Assembly: GCA_963718565.1 (NCBI GenBank) | Contig: OY970364.1 | Location: 960,001 to 1,024,000, forward strand | Direction: 5' to 3' | Origin: an uncultured Verrucomicrobiae bacterium | Lineage (GTDB): Bacteria > Chlamydiota > Chlamydiia > Chlamydiales > Rhabdochlamydiaceae | Length of the DNA stretch: 64,000 bases | Shown here: positions 10,301 to 20,329 of the stretch, piece after piece | Layout of the letters: every line of letters begins with the position of its first letter | Numbering within the stretch: position 1 is the first letter of the stretch | Made by a program: the position numbers and the translations under genes | The notes under the pieces: generated by a model | Seen by the model: the letters and a program-made list of their open reading frames with translations, nothing else | The model's database searches: none | What the model was told of the DNA's origin: nothing

Positions 10301-11589
10301 TTCTCGGTTCGGAGTATAAGGCTGACCAGACACTCGACATGCGCCGTTTGTGGGAACATATCGAAGGGCTGAATCAACTCGATGAGATAACCATTAAGGC
10401 AAAGATGAGAAAGGTCCCGTGATAAAGTCGCTGGATCGCAAGACACGTAGAGAATACGACTTGGCGCAACGGATAGGAGTCCTTCGAGGAACGAGCGTTC
10501 ACATCCTTTTCTCGGTGGATTGAGAACAGCGACATCGATGCCGCTTAAGTGAGAAATGATTTCCTGAGCTTGAGCACAGTGAAATTTAGCATTAGCAATT
10601 TCATTGCGTTTTGCATTTTCCTTAGCATCTTCAATGGCCATAGAAACAGATTCAACGCCTATCACTTGTTTGGCCTGTTTTGCCAAGAGAAGAGATAAAG
10701 TTCCAACACCGCAATAAGCATCTAAGATCGTTTCATGGCCTTTCAACGCAGCGATATCTAATACCTTTTGATAAAGGTTTTGCGCTTGACTTGGATTGAC
10801 TTGAAAAAAGGAGGCTGAAGAGACTTTAAAAGACAGTCCCAAAATATCTTCCAAAATAAATGGTTCTCCTGCCAAGGTCTCAAAGTGACTACTGAGGATC
10901 GTGTTGCCAGCTCCATTATTGACATTCTGGACAACACCACGGATTTCAGGCATGCAATCCATGATCTCTTTAGCGATGACAGGAAGTCCTGGAGGATTTT
11001 TACTTTTCGTCACTAAAGTGACGAGGATCTGTCTCTTATGAATAGCCGTTTTGATCAGAAGATGTCTGAGTTCTCCTTCAGGTAATCTTTGCAAGATGGG
11101 TCGAATTTTTGCGTAAGCTTTTTCACCGAGATCGCAATGGATATGACAATGTGTTACTTCGACCAGTTCGTGCGTATTGTAAGCATAGAGCCCTTTGCCA
11201 AAGGGTAGTTGGATTTTATTCCGATAGCCAACGGTCAAAGAGGAAGGGATGCAAGGAAGAACGTCTAGATTGCTTAGCTTGCCGATGCGTTCGAGTGCAT
11301 CAATGACACGTTGACGCTTGGCTTCCAACTGTTGAGGATAGTCTAGATGCATGAGCTGACATCCGCCACACTTGCCAAAAAGGGGGCAAGCGGGATCAAT
11401 GCGATGAGGAGAGACAGAGAGATGTTCAACGACCTTTCCCCGACCGTAAGTTTTCTTTTGCTCATGGAGGGCTACGCGAACGATCTCACCAGGTAAAGCT
11501 CCGGGAACAAAAACCGTGAATCCATCGTGGTAGCCAACGCCTTCACCATTGACGCCAAGTCGTTCTATAGGAAAATTTATAGTTTGCAT
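10282..11589 (-). CDS. rlmD: 23S rRNA m5U1939 methyltransferase RlmD
   Basis: TRAM domain, CPLFGKCGGCQ, SFFQVN, YCGVG, NPPRKG, YVSCDP, DMFPQTAHVE. Confidence 0.93.
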   Translation of the reverse strand: MQTINFPIERLGVNGEGVGYHDGFTVFVPGALPGEIVRVALHEQKKTYGRGKVVEHLSVSPHRIDPACPLFGKCGGCQLMHLDYPQQLEAKRQRVIDALERIGKLSNLDVLPCIPSSLTVGYRNKIQLPFGKGLYAYNTHELVEVTHCHIHCDLGEKAYAKIRPILQRLPEGELRHLLIKTAIHKRQILVTLVTKSKNPPGLPVIAKEIMDCMPEIRGVVQNVNNGAGNTILSSHFETLAGEPFILEDILGLSFKVSSASFFQVNPSQAQNLYQKVLDIAALKGHETILDAYCGVGTLSLLLAKQAKQVIGVESVSMAIEDAKENAKRNEIANAKFHCAQAQEIISHLSGIDVAVLNPPRKGCERSFLEGLLSVAPSRILYVSCDPATLSRDLSHLCLNGYLIELIQPFDMFPQTAHVECLVSLILRTEKERIYS

Positions 11590-11620
11590 TTGGGGAAGAT
11601 TGTACCTTGGAGAATAGATA

Positions 11621-11666
11621 GAGGGAATTGCAAAACTCCTCGCCAGCAGAAAATCGATGATTTTGG
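11621..11666. repeat. Family A MITE left end, abutting a family D element
   Basis: GAGGGAATTGCAAAACTCCTCGCCAGCAGAAAATCGATGATTTTGG. Confidence 0.85.
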
Positions 11667-11801
11667 GTACGTCCTCAAAAACCTATGGCAAGCACTGAAT
11701 GTCATTTGGATCCATGCCAGGCTTTGCATTTATCGATCTCAATCAGGCATGGATCCAAATGACATTCAGTGCTTGCCACAGGTCTCCGAGGAAGTATGAA
11801 T
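11667..11801. repeat. Family D 135-bp hairpin element
   Basis: Perfect 33-bp inverted arms; identical to 47236-47370. Confidence 0.9.
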
Positions 11802-11866
11802 AGCACGTACATTAACTTCCTTGAAGACTCTGGCAAAAGTTGAAGACCATTTCGATCCGTGCCCAA

Positions 11867-13138
11867 TCAAGATCGATAATTTGAGCCAGCGTATGCGGCG
11901 GTGCTGCGGACACTTACAAAAGAGCACGATTGCTCTTTTGTAAGGATTGCCGAAGAGCCCGCTATGAATCCAGTTGTCCAAGCCGCTTGAAAGTTAAAAC
12001 CTCCCGTTACCCCATCAATATCTAATATTTCTCCTGCAAAATAGAGTCCGGGACAAATTTTGCTTTCCATTGTTTTAAACTGCACTTCTTTCAAAGTCAC
12101 TCCGCCACAAGTTACAAACTCTTCTTTATTCGTAGTTTTCCCTTCTACTTGGTAAATATCTGCGTTTAGCTTTTGTGCGAGGGCTTGCAAGTCTTTTTGC
12201 GAGATGTCGTTGAGGCGCCTTTCGTCATTGAGAAGACTTTTCCAGAGATTTTTGGGTAGTTTGAAGGGATTTTCGATGAGTAGAGTTTTTTGTGGCGCAA
12301 TTTTTTTGAGTTGAAGGAGCGCTTCGAAGATTTGGGGAATGGTTTTATCGGGGAGCCAGTTTACTGAGAGTAGCACTTTATACTCGTGCTCGAAAAGGGC
12401 TCTAGCTCTCCAAGCGGAAAGTTTGAGGGCGGCGGGGCCGCTAAAGCCAAAATGAGTGATGAGAAGGGGTCCTTTTTGAACGAACGAAGTGCCTAAAATG
12501 GATAATTCGACAGGATTGTGAGAGATACCGCTGAGTTCTTTCAGAGGCGAAGTTGGGATATTGAATGTGAAGAGGGAGGGAACCGGTTTTTGGATGGTGT
12601 GGCCCAGATAAGCTGCCCAGGTGTGGCCTCCGGTAGCGCTACCTGTCGCGAGGAGGAGTTTACGAGTGAGATAGGGACCTACTTGGAATCCTTGATCCGT
12701 TTTCTCGATCTTCTCAATTCTTTGTCTCATGAGAATCTCTAGATCGAGTGCTTTAGCTTCATTAAGGAGGGTATTAATGATCGTTTCTGAGCTATCTGTG
12801 ATGGGAAAGACTCTGCCGTCCGACTCGGCTTTTAAGGCTGCCCCACGAGATTCAAACCACTGTATGATGTCTTGGGGTTGAAACCTATGGAAGGGACTCC
12901 TTAGCTCTTGACCACCACGAGGATAGTTTTGAATGAGTCTATCAGGATCAAAACACGAGTGAGTCACGTTGCACCTACCGCCTCCGGAGATGCGCACCTT
13001 GGCAAGCAGTACAGAGCTTTTCTCAAGAAGAGCCACTTTGGCCGCTGGGTTGGCTGCCTTGGCGCTGAGGGCTGCAAATAAGCCAGCAGCTCCTCCTCCA
13101 ATTACGATTAAATCATACATAGTCAGGATTGTATTCAT
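11867..13138 (-). CDS. HI0933/BaiN family flavoprotein
   Basis: IGGGAAGL, KVRISGGGRCNVT, LITHFGFSGPA, GVTGGFNFQAAW. Confidence 0.92.
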   Translation of the reverse strand: MNTILTMYDLIVIGGGAAGLFAALSAKAANPAAKVALLEKSSVLLAKVRISGGGRCNVTHSCFDPDRLIQNYPRGGQELRSPFHRFQPQDIIQWFESRGAALKAESDGRVFPITDSSETIINTLLNEAKALDLEILMRQRIEKIEKTDQGFQVGPYLTRKLLLATGSATGGHTWAAYLGHTIQKPVPSLFTFNIPTSPLKELSGISHNPVELSILGTSFVQKGPLLITHFGFSGPAALKLSAWRARALFEHEYKVLLSVNWLPDKTIPQIFEALLQLKKIAPQKTLLIENPFKLPKNLWKSLLNDERRLNDISQKDLQALAQKLNADIYQVEGKTTNKEEFVTCGGVTLKEVQFKTMESKICPGLYFAGEILDIDGVTGGFNFQAAWTTGFIAGSSAILTKEQSCSFVSVRSTAAYAGSNYRS

Positions 13139-13381
13139 TATTGACTATCTGAGCGATAAGTCCAAAAACGTGAAATCCTGCATGGTAGTCAATCCTTAAC
13201 GATTGAATAGGGCTCGTGGAACTCCAGGAAATCCTGGATACCATTTTTCTAATAACTCCGGATATTCACTTGCAATCAGATCAAATGGAATTTCGTCTTT
13301 AACAAGTCCATTATCTATCAACGCTAAAAGTGCTTCCAAGCGATTCATCTCATCCGCTCTTCAATGGCTATCTAAATGAGG

Positions 13382-14524
13382 CTAACTAGGATCTGGCAAA
13401 GAAGGGAAAAAAGCCATTATTTGATGCGAAAGAATCTTGCAACGCTTGTACTCTGCTTTAAGTCCATTTTTGATGGTTTTGATCTGAAGACTCAATTCGG
13501 ACAAGGCTTCTTTTTTTCTCTCTTTACTTCTTTTAAGCTGGAGATAATCCTCTTTTGCTTGCCTGACCTGTTGCAGTTTGTCAAGCATGCTTTCTGTAAG
13601 CATTATGACCTTCTCTTCCCATATTTTTTTGTGATCGCTAAAAGAGGAATGGATTTTATCTAAAAGAAGCTGCTTACGCTCGCTAATTAGCCTTTTTTCT
13701 ATAAAATGGTGTTGATTTTTTCTCAACTGAGAAGCCAATCCAAATTTGCTCAGTGTCCAAATTAGCCATTTTGTGGGATCGAAGTGATACCAACGGATGC
13801 CATTGCGATAATCATAGCTAAAAGTATGGTGGTAGTTGTGATAGCCTTCCCCAAAAGTAAGCATAGAAATCAGGTAGTTATCTACTGCTGAGAGTTCCTG
13901 ACAAAATACACGAGCGCCCCAGGTATGGGCTAGGGAATTGATAAACCAAGTAAAGTGATGGAGAAAAAACAACCGTACAAACCATACGAAAAGAAAAGCC
14001 CCGAGATAATCGCCAAAACACCAACCAAGAAATAGAGAGGTCAATCCATTTGTAAAAAGCATTAAAGGAACATAAAATCGATGCTGAAAACAGAGGAGCG
14101 GTTTCTTAAGCAAGTCGGCAACGGTTTTGTTCTCGATTTCTTTGGGCTTTTCTAGGAGCCAGAGAAAATGGGCATACCAGAAGCCTTTTTTGATGGAATA
14201 CGGATCGCGATCGGTATCGACAAAGGCATGATGCTGGCGGTGGTCAAAAGCCCAACGCAACACGCTTCCTTGCGTAGCCATAGTGGAAAAAAACAGCAGA
14301 ATCGCTTCAATAGCGGGGTGTATTTTGTACGTTAAATGGGAATAGAGACGGTGGTAGCCAGCTGTCACACTCAATCCAGTTAAGTAGAGCAAAACCGCTG
14401 AAGTTGTCACGATTTGCCAAGAAGGGGTAAAATAGGAAAAGTAAACAGGCAAAGACACAAGCAACAATAAATGATACCCCAAAATGTATAGAGCAGGGCC
14501 CCAGTTAAAATTTTTAATTTTCAA
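13382..14524 (-). CDS. Delta-9 acyl-CoA/lipid fatty acid desaturase
   Basis: His boxes HRLYSH, HRQHH and GEGYHNYHH. Confidence 0.92.
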   Translation of the reverse strand: MKIKNFNWGPALYILGYHLLLLVSLPVYFSYFTPSWQIVTTSAVLLYLTGLSVTAGYHRLYSHLTYKIHPAIEAILLFFSTMATQGSVLRWAFDHRQHHAFVDTDRDPYSIKKGFWYAHFLWLLEKPKEIENKTVADLLKKPLLCFQHRFYVPLMLFTNGLTSLFLGWCFGDYLGAFLFVWFVRLFFLHHFTWFINSLAHTWGARVFCQELSAVDNYLISMLTFGEGYHNYHHTFSYDYRNGIRWYHFDPTKWLIWTLSKFGLASQLRKNQHHFIEKRLISERKQLLLDKIHSSFSDHKKIWEEKVIMLTESMLDKLQQVRQAKEDYLQLKRSKERKKEALSELSLQIKTIKNGLKAEYKRCKILSHQIMAFFPSLPDPS

Positions 14525-14591
14525 AAAGCACCTTCCTGTTTATTTCTGTCCTATGAAGCTCAAAGATACCTCATATTTGAATTGTCTCCAA

Positions 14592-14918
14592 TCAAAAGTT
14601 CTGTTCGTATTTATCACCAGGGATAGAAGGAATTTTAACGACGAGAATATGACAGTCCTCTAAAAACACCGGATCAGCAACTTCTCCAGGTTCTATCACG
14701 AATATATCGCCTGGCTTTAACTGCATTTCTTGAATGACCATGCATCCCAGAATTAAACAATTAAATTCCCTGGCCCCCTTGTGAAAATGCCTCGGCCAAA
14801 CTTCCCCCTTCGTATGCCGTTTATAACAGACTTCAAATTGATCGGTCTTAAAAAGAGAGGGTTCAAAATTTCCTAAAAACCATCCTCCTTTAAATTCTTC
14901 TATTCTGTAAAGGTTCAT
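14592..14918 (-). CDS. Small cupin-domain protein
   Basis: GGWFLGNFEP, HFHKGAREFN, GDIFVIEPGEV; 4-bp overlap with the upstream gene. Confidence 0.8.
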   Translation of the reverse strand: MNLYRIEEFKGGWFLGNFEPSLFKTDQFEVCYKRHTKGEVWPRHFHKGAREFNCLILGCMVIQEMQLKPGDIFVIEPGEVADPVFLEDCHILVVKIPSIPGDKYEQNF

Positions 14919-15634
14919 AACATCTCCAGATAACTTTTTAAATCCTCAGGAGTCCCAATCGCGTAATGTTGATCTGCAGGAATTTCATAAATGCCTATAT
15001 TAAGACCTTCTTCAATGAGTTGGTTATACGATTCAGAAATATAAAATTCATTATTCACTCGGATATTTTTAGAAATCATTTTCTCCGCCGATCTGACAAA
15101 ATCTTTACCATGCTTCCAATAGTGGATTCCATTTAACGAATGCGTGCTTATCACCCTTTTCTCCGCAAATCTTATCGCTCGGTTTTCATAAAGTTCCACA
15201 TAGCTATTTTTTTCTGTGGTAGAAAAATAGGTCACGACGAGTCCATCTCTATGCTCATTTAGAGAGATCTCCTTTAAAAAATGATCAGAATTCCATCTCA
15301 TTATTTGATCACAGTTAGCAATAAGTAGTGGATCGTCATTATTGATGAGTTCCTTAGTCAGCAAAATGCTAGATGTAGGTCCTTGCGTGATATAATTAAT
15401 TCTTATTATTTTCGGCCGGCTGCATGAAGTATGAACAGCATCTTTAATCGTTTTATTAAAGGATTCATTTTCATAATCATAGGCTATAAAGATATAGTTC
15501 CCATCGATCCCTAAACTATCAATAGCAGCTTTAATCATGGGCACTCCATTCACATCTATGATGGGTTTCGGAATTTCAAATCCATGATTTCTAAATCGTT
15601 CGCCTCGTCCAGCCATTGGGACAACGATGTTCAT
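14915..15634 (-). CDS. Sugar-phosphate nucleotidyltransferase (NTP_transferase / GT-A fold)
   Basis: MNIVVPMAGRGERF, PKPIIDV, LLIANCDQ, AEKRVIS, EFYIS, GTPEDL. Confidence 0.85.
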   Translation of the reverse strand: MNIVVPMAGRGERFRNHGFEIPKPIIDVNGVPMIKAAIDSLGIDGNYIFIAYDYENESFNKTIKDAVHTSCSRPKIIRINYITQGPTSSILLTKELINNDDPLLIANCDQIMRWNSDHFLKEISLNEHRDGLVVTYFSTTEKNSYVELYENRAIRFAEKRVISTHSLNGIHYWKHGKDFVRSAEKMISKNIRVNNEFYISESYNQLIEEGLNIGIYEIPADQHYAIGTPEDLKSYLEML

Positions 15635-15636
15635 AA

Positions 15637-16818
15637 TCATTCCCCCTTGCCCCATTTGAGGACTGCCTGATGGTATTCCTGTCCATGATCTCCATTAATC
15701 GCCTGTTTCATGGCTCTAACTCCTGATAATGTCCCTCCAGGATGCCCGTGAATCGCTCCACCGCAGTTGGCCATATAATCCACTCCGACCCTTTTGTTAA
15801 TTCCTTCGATCAATCCGGGGTGCATTCCACAACTTAGGGCAGCCACCACATTGCCTTTTCGAAGTGTGTCCATCACTTGATGCATATCATCGCCGCTGGC
15901 ACTGTAATAACCACCCATCATCCCTGCATGAATAAAATCCACACCCATCATCGCTGCTAATTTACAAATAAAATTCCAACGGATATGAAACTGATGAGCA
16001 CTATTTGTCAAAATTTTATCGCCGCTTTTTTGAAAATGGATAAAAAGAGGAAGATCCAAATCACGAAGCGCTTTATACATTCCAAGACCGCTCCAGAAAT
16101 TGACATGAACGGCATTTCCTCCCAATTCATAAACTCTTTTCGCTCGATTTAAAATATGAGGAGTATCTGAATTGATACAGACTGCATAAATCACTTTTTT
16201 ATCTTTTAGATAATTCATAATCAAAGGCACACGAACTTCTAATGGACACAACGGAGGATTTGACATGATTTCATCTTCTTTGATGAAATCCACTCCCCCC
16301 TCTACCATTTCTTTCACCAATTCCAATAGTGTATCAGGAGTGATTCCCACCTTGGGTTTTACAATTCCTCCCAGAAGCGGTTTGCCATAAACTCCTAAAA
16401 AGTCTCTAGCTCCACTCAAACCAAATTGAGGGCCTTTAAATGAGGTTAACATGCATTGTGGAAACTCTACGTCGATTAGCTGACAAGACAGAATGTTTTC
16501 TATATCCATTTGACCACCCATCAATTGACACAACAATTGAGAGATGCCATCTGTGTCAATATCGATGTTGGCGACAGGAAAAGCGATATGGACAACTCCA
16601 CTCTTTTGCGTTTTTAAACACTCCTCACTGCCGATCACTAAACAAGAATGATCTTCGAATAACTGTTGCGTTTCCCAACGATTTCTCACATTGGGATTTC
16701 CCACACTTTGTCCAATCGCTAGATTCCATGCGGCATCGCACAGATGCGTTTTGCTCTCAAGCCAATATTCAGCCACAAAATAATCGTTTTTACTTACCGA
16801 CGATTTAAAAATATTCAT
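15637..16818 (-). CDS. RuBisCO-like protein (form IV-type, predicted non-carboxylating)
   Basis: GPQFG, GGIVKPKVG, GGVDFIKEDE, GVDFIHAG, SCGMHPG, GGAIHGHPGG. Confidence 0.92.
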   Translation of the reverse strand: MNIFKSSVSKNDYFVAEYWLESKTHLCDAAWNLAIGQSVGNPNVRNRWETQQLFEDHSCLVIGSEECLKTQKSGVVHIAFPVANIDIDTDGISQLLCQLMGGQMDIENILSCQLIDVEFPQCMLTSFKGPQFGLSGARDFLGVYGKPLLGGIVKPKVGITPDTLLELVKEMVEGGVDFIKEDEIMSNPPLCPLEVRVPLIMNYLKDKKVIYAVCINSDTPHILNRAKRVYELGGNAVHVNFWSGLGMYKALRDLDLPLFIHFQKSGDKILTNSAHQFHIRWNFICKLAAMMGVDFIHAGMMGGYYSASGDDMHQVMDTLRKGNVVAALSCGMHPGLIEGINKRVGVDYMANCGGAIHGHPGGTLSGVRAMKQAINGDHGQEYHQAVLKWGKGE

Positions 16819-16874
16819 ACCACCACTAATTTTATTAATTATTAATGAAATTTATGTAAAAAAATTAACAATAT

Positions 16875-17543
16875 TTAACTGACAGTCCTTCTCAAAGGAT
16901 GAAGAACATATTCCAAGACAACATTATCGCTTATGGGATGTTCTAAGATGTTTCTAAAATTCTTTGGCATATAATTCACAGAATTCATCTTCATGATATT
17001 TCCGAAACAACCCTCCGGTTGAGCAGACATTCCGTAAAGAGCATTTAATGTGGGTAGATCCTTATAATCCCAAGCATTCATGAAATTTTCAGGAGAAGCA
17101 CATGCAGTAACATCTAAAAAATGCTCTCCGGTGACATAGGCATCTCTTTCAAAGCATTGGTTCAGATCTAATATGTTGTAAGAAGTGTCGAGTCTAAAAA
17201 AAAACACAAAATCATAATTGCTATATGTGTCACGAATTAATCTTGAAGCATTTTTCATCGTTAAAAAATGCTTGAAAGTATTAAACGCAGAGCAGCCCTC
17301 TGGCGCTCTTGTGAGCAATAATTTTTCTTCCACAGTTGCCCGATTCGGCTCATTACACAACACTATGCAATCAAACTTTTCAGACAAATTACCAATAAAC
17401 TCTCTATCTAATTTATTATTCCATGTGTGCAAAACAAATTTAGTTTCATGTTCAACAAACATTTGCGCAATGCGACAAAAATTTGATACGCAAAATTGCA
17501 CATCTGGTCTAACTGGTCCTTTCATAAAGATGACTATTTTCAT
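16875..17543 (-). CDS. Hypothetical glycosyltransferase-like protein
   Basis: MKIVIFMKGPVR...VLHTW...YDFVFFFRLD, resembling glycan-cluster proteins; co-oriented with the RLP operon. Confidence 0.5.
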   Translation of the reverse strand: MKIVIFMKGPVRPDVQFCVSNFCRIAQMFVEHETKFVLHTWNNKLDREFIGNLSEKFDCIVLCNEPNRATVEEKLLLTRAPEGCSAFNTFKHFLTMKNASRLIRDTYSNYDFVFFFRLDTSYNILDLNQCFERDAYVTGEHFLDVTACASPENFMNAWDYKDLPTLNALYGMSAQPEGCFGNIMKMNSVNYMPKNFRNILEHPISDNVVLEYVLHPLRRTVS

Positions 17544-17801
17544 ATTATACCTTGCTTTTTTAAGAGCTGTTGTCGATTCGACATACAGCCTGTTTTTAGT
17601 TTGTAAAGAATAATTAAATTTATCGCAAAGAATATATTTTCATCAGATTTACATCAGTGATTGAAGAACGACCTTTTCGTCATCATAAAATTACCATTAT
17701 GGAGATCCCTCTAAAACCTGTAAATTAATTCTTGACTCTGAATTCAATCCGCAGTACCGTTTTACTCTAAAACAAAAATTACCTGTATAGAAGAGAGGCC
17801 T

Positions 17802-18362
17802 ATGATGTTAATCAAACAAAGTGCCGGCTTAAGACTGTTCAACGCAGCGTTTTTTTTATTGTTATTTATGGGTTTGGCCTGTCATTCGCGCTCTTTATAT
17901 GGTGTTAATCGCACTGAGCCAACAACAATAACGTATTATCTGTATATCGCTGACTTTGCAAACAGCTTCATTCAAATACCAACATCTAACGTATCGGGAA
18001 CAAGCTCAACAATAGCTTCGAGCTACCTGGCAGGAAGGGCGCCCATTTATGATGTGAATAATATGAAGGTCGGAACATGCTCCGCCTCTTTTTTATCTAT
18101 GCAAACCGCAGATGGAATCTATACAGATATATCCAATTATTTATCTGCTGCTGATGGGCTAATAGTCACCTGGTTCACACCAACAACATTAATTAACTTA
18201 GAATTAGACAGCATCATCAACTCCATGATTACGGAATGCACGGTGATGGCAACGACAAAGGTTGGATTTGCTCCTCTTTTTGGACAAACATTTGATTTGA
18301 TTGTTTCATCGGATAGCGAAAAAATCTATTTTCAATTTTCAAGGATCGGGACGATTTTCTAA
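17802..18362 (+). CDS. Secreted beta-rich hypothetical protein
   Basis: Signal peptide, Ser/Thr-rich beta-strand pattern, RBS gagagg. Confidence 0.7.
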   Translation: MMLIKQSAGLRLFNAAFFLLLFMGLACHSRSLYGVNRTEPTTITYYLYIADFANSFIQIPTSNVSGTSSTIASSYLAGRAPIYDVNNMKVGTCSASFLSMQTADGIYTDISNYLSAADGLIVTWFTPTTLINLELDSIINSMITECTVMATTKVGFAPLFGQTFDLIVSSDSEKIYFQFSRIGTIF

Positions 18363-18544
18363 AAACCTGAATAATGGGTTTATTTTATAGTAGATTGCCG
18401 CAGGTTTTGAGACGATTTTTGCAAATTTTGGCGCGTTCAATAGCTGGAGGCACCCATGGACGCGCCAAAATTTGCAAAAAGCGGCCAAAAGATGCGGCAA
18501 GATACTGTGAAAGAAATCCATTATTCAAGTTAAAAAGGAACTTT

Positions 18545-19321
18545 ATGAATCACTTCTGGTATACACTTTCTTTACTGGCAATCATCGTTTCGGGTGCCGC
18601 TAAATGTTACTGCCGGCCCCAGGATTATTCTTTCTATATTAAAGTAGGTTCGGGCATTTCATTCTCTGAACCAGCCAATGTCGTCGCCCCCTCCCCGCCA
18701 TGGAATCCGGCAATTCAAGGTTATAATTCAAAATTAGGAAATTGCCCCATTGCCAGTTTAAGCGTTGGTTGCGAGTTCGTGCAAGTAGTGGACTTAGAAG
18801 TCAGTATTTCTAATCGTTCCACTTTTGAATATAGAAAATTCCAAACTCCCACTACTGGCGGCGGATCTTACACAAGAAAATTTGATCTCAATGTCACACC
18901 CATTCTCTTCTCGGTAAACCTTCTTGGACGAGGCATCCCTTATTCCCATTGGAATATCGGCTGCGGCAAGATCTATCCGATGATAGGCGCCGGAGTGGGC
19001 ATTAGCAACCTTCTGATAACGAACTTCAGAACAACAGGACTGCCTCCTACCGGAGCCTCTGACCCATACGCAAGTTTTTCTGCGGAAAATCAATACACAC
19101 TTCGCAAAAATTTTACTTACACGCTTCTTGCCGGCCTTGAATATAGTTACAAAGACTATTGGGCGATTGGAACAGGTTATCGCTGGTTTAATGCGGGTCA
19201 TTTTAAAGGACCTCGATATCAAAGAGTTGCTAGCGGAGCTGCAGTTGATGTCTCCGGCGATGCATGGAAGATGCGTTTTAGAGCTAATGAGTGGTTTATT
19301 GAACTTAAAATCTTCTTCTGA
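18545..19321 (+). CDS. Outer-membrane beta-barrel protein (opacity/OmpW-like)
   Basis: Signal peptide, YPMIGAGVGIS, GYRWFNAG, C-terminal Phe. Confidence 0.75.
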   Translation: MNHFWYTLSLLAIIVSGAAKCYCRPQDYSFYIKVGSGISFSEPANVVAPSPPWNPAIQGYNSKLGNCPIASLSVGCEFVQVVDLEVSISNRSTFEYRKFQTPTTGGGSYTRKFDLNVTPILFSVNLLGRGIPYSHWNIGCGKIYPMIGAGVGISNLLITNFRTTGLPPTGASDPYASFSAENQYTLRKNFTYTLLAGLEYSYKDYWAIGTGYRWFNAGHFKGPRYQRVASGAAVDVSGDAWKMRFRANEWFIELKIFF

Positions 19322-19405
19322 CGAGAAGGTATTACCTCCGATTCTATTTTGAAGGGATATCCATGATATAAAAAGCCATATGCTTTTACTACAGTTCCAG
19401 GAAAA

Positions 19406-20329
19406 TTAAAGAAAAAAGCGAAAGGTTACAAAAGCGCCCCATTGGTTCAGGTTCCTTTTGGGCAGATCTAGGACATCTGAGGCCCCTATCGGTAAAAATC
19501 GATAGTAAGGGGCAAATTCTAGCCAAAAATTCATTGCATATCGGTAGGCAACGGGAAGTTTTACTGTGACGCCCGTTCTGTTTTTAAGCACCCAGGCAGC
19601 TTCAGATAAACCTTTGATTCTAAGGTATTGATTGAAAGTAGGGAAACAATCCACTTGCATGCCTAGCATCCAATCTTGCCAGGTGTAGTGAGTTTCTAAT
19701 CCAGCAAGGGCATAGTAAATCGCATACTTCAGCTTGATGGAGGAGATGGAGGAATAACTTGAGTGATGATCCGAGAGAAAATCAAATCCAATGCCTGCAT
19801 AGGGAGTGATCGTCCAATTTTTAAGAGCACGAAAACAATATCCTCCGACAAATTCTGTGTACCATTCATGAAATGCCGTTTTATTGAGTGAACTGGATAG
19901 AGGTCCGAGATTGTAATAAGAACGCGCTTGGCCAAAGAAAGCATTTGGCAGCTGGTAGGAGAGTTTGCCTAGAATACCGCCGGTACTTCCTGAATAGGTA
20001 GGGGGAGTTGAAAATGACATCCAAGTATAGGCACCTCCTATATCCAAAGACCATCCTTGTGGCTGATTGGTATTACGCTGAGGTTCTTTTTTGTCTTTGG
20101 GCGCAGCAAAAATAGCACTTGCTGAAAATAGAAACAGCGATAGAAACCAGTGCCAATATACTGGAAGTGATTCAAAAGTTGGAATTTTGGCAAGGCGGCT
20201 GCGTAAATTTTTTGTCTGGAGCGAGCGACCATTGTGCAAGCACAAGGCGCGAGTGAAGACGAAAAATTTACCGCATAGCCAACGCAACCAAAAACCAACT
20301 TTTGAATTACTTTCGGTATATATATTCAT
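19406..20329 (-). CDS. Outer-membrane beta-barrel protein (autotransporter-barrel-like); start uncertain
   Basis: Amphipathic aromatic strands, ITPYAGIGFDF, C-terminal FRFFL. Confidence 0.65.
   Translation of the reverse strand: MNIYTESNSKVGFWLRWLCGKFFVFTRALCLHNGRSLQTKNLRSRLAKIPTFESLPVYWHWFLSLFLFSASAIFAAPKDKKEPQRNTNQPQGWSLDIGGAYTWMSFSTPPTYSGSTGGILGKLSYQLPNAFFGQARSYYNLGPLSSSLNKTAFHEWYTEFVGGYCFRALKNWTITPYAGIGFDFLSDHHSSYSSISSIKLKYAIYYALAGLETHYTWQDWMLGMQVDCFPTFNQYLRIKGLSEAAWVLKNRTGVTVKLPVAYRYAMNFWLEFAPYYRFLPIGASDVLDLPKRNLNQWGAFVTFRFFL

Noticed and set aside
13195..13347. 50-codon minus-strand ORF (MNRLEALLAL...)
   Set aside because: No recognisable motif and too short to support.
15637..16818. 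CO2 fixation by a true RuBisCO together with the carbonic anhydrase at 40940
   Set aside because: Carboxylation residues appear substituted, no rbcS or PRK is present, and the anhydrase is 24 kb away and carries a signal peptide.
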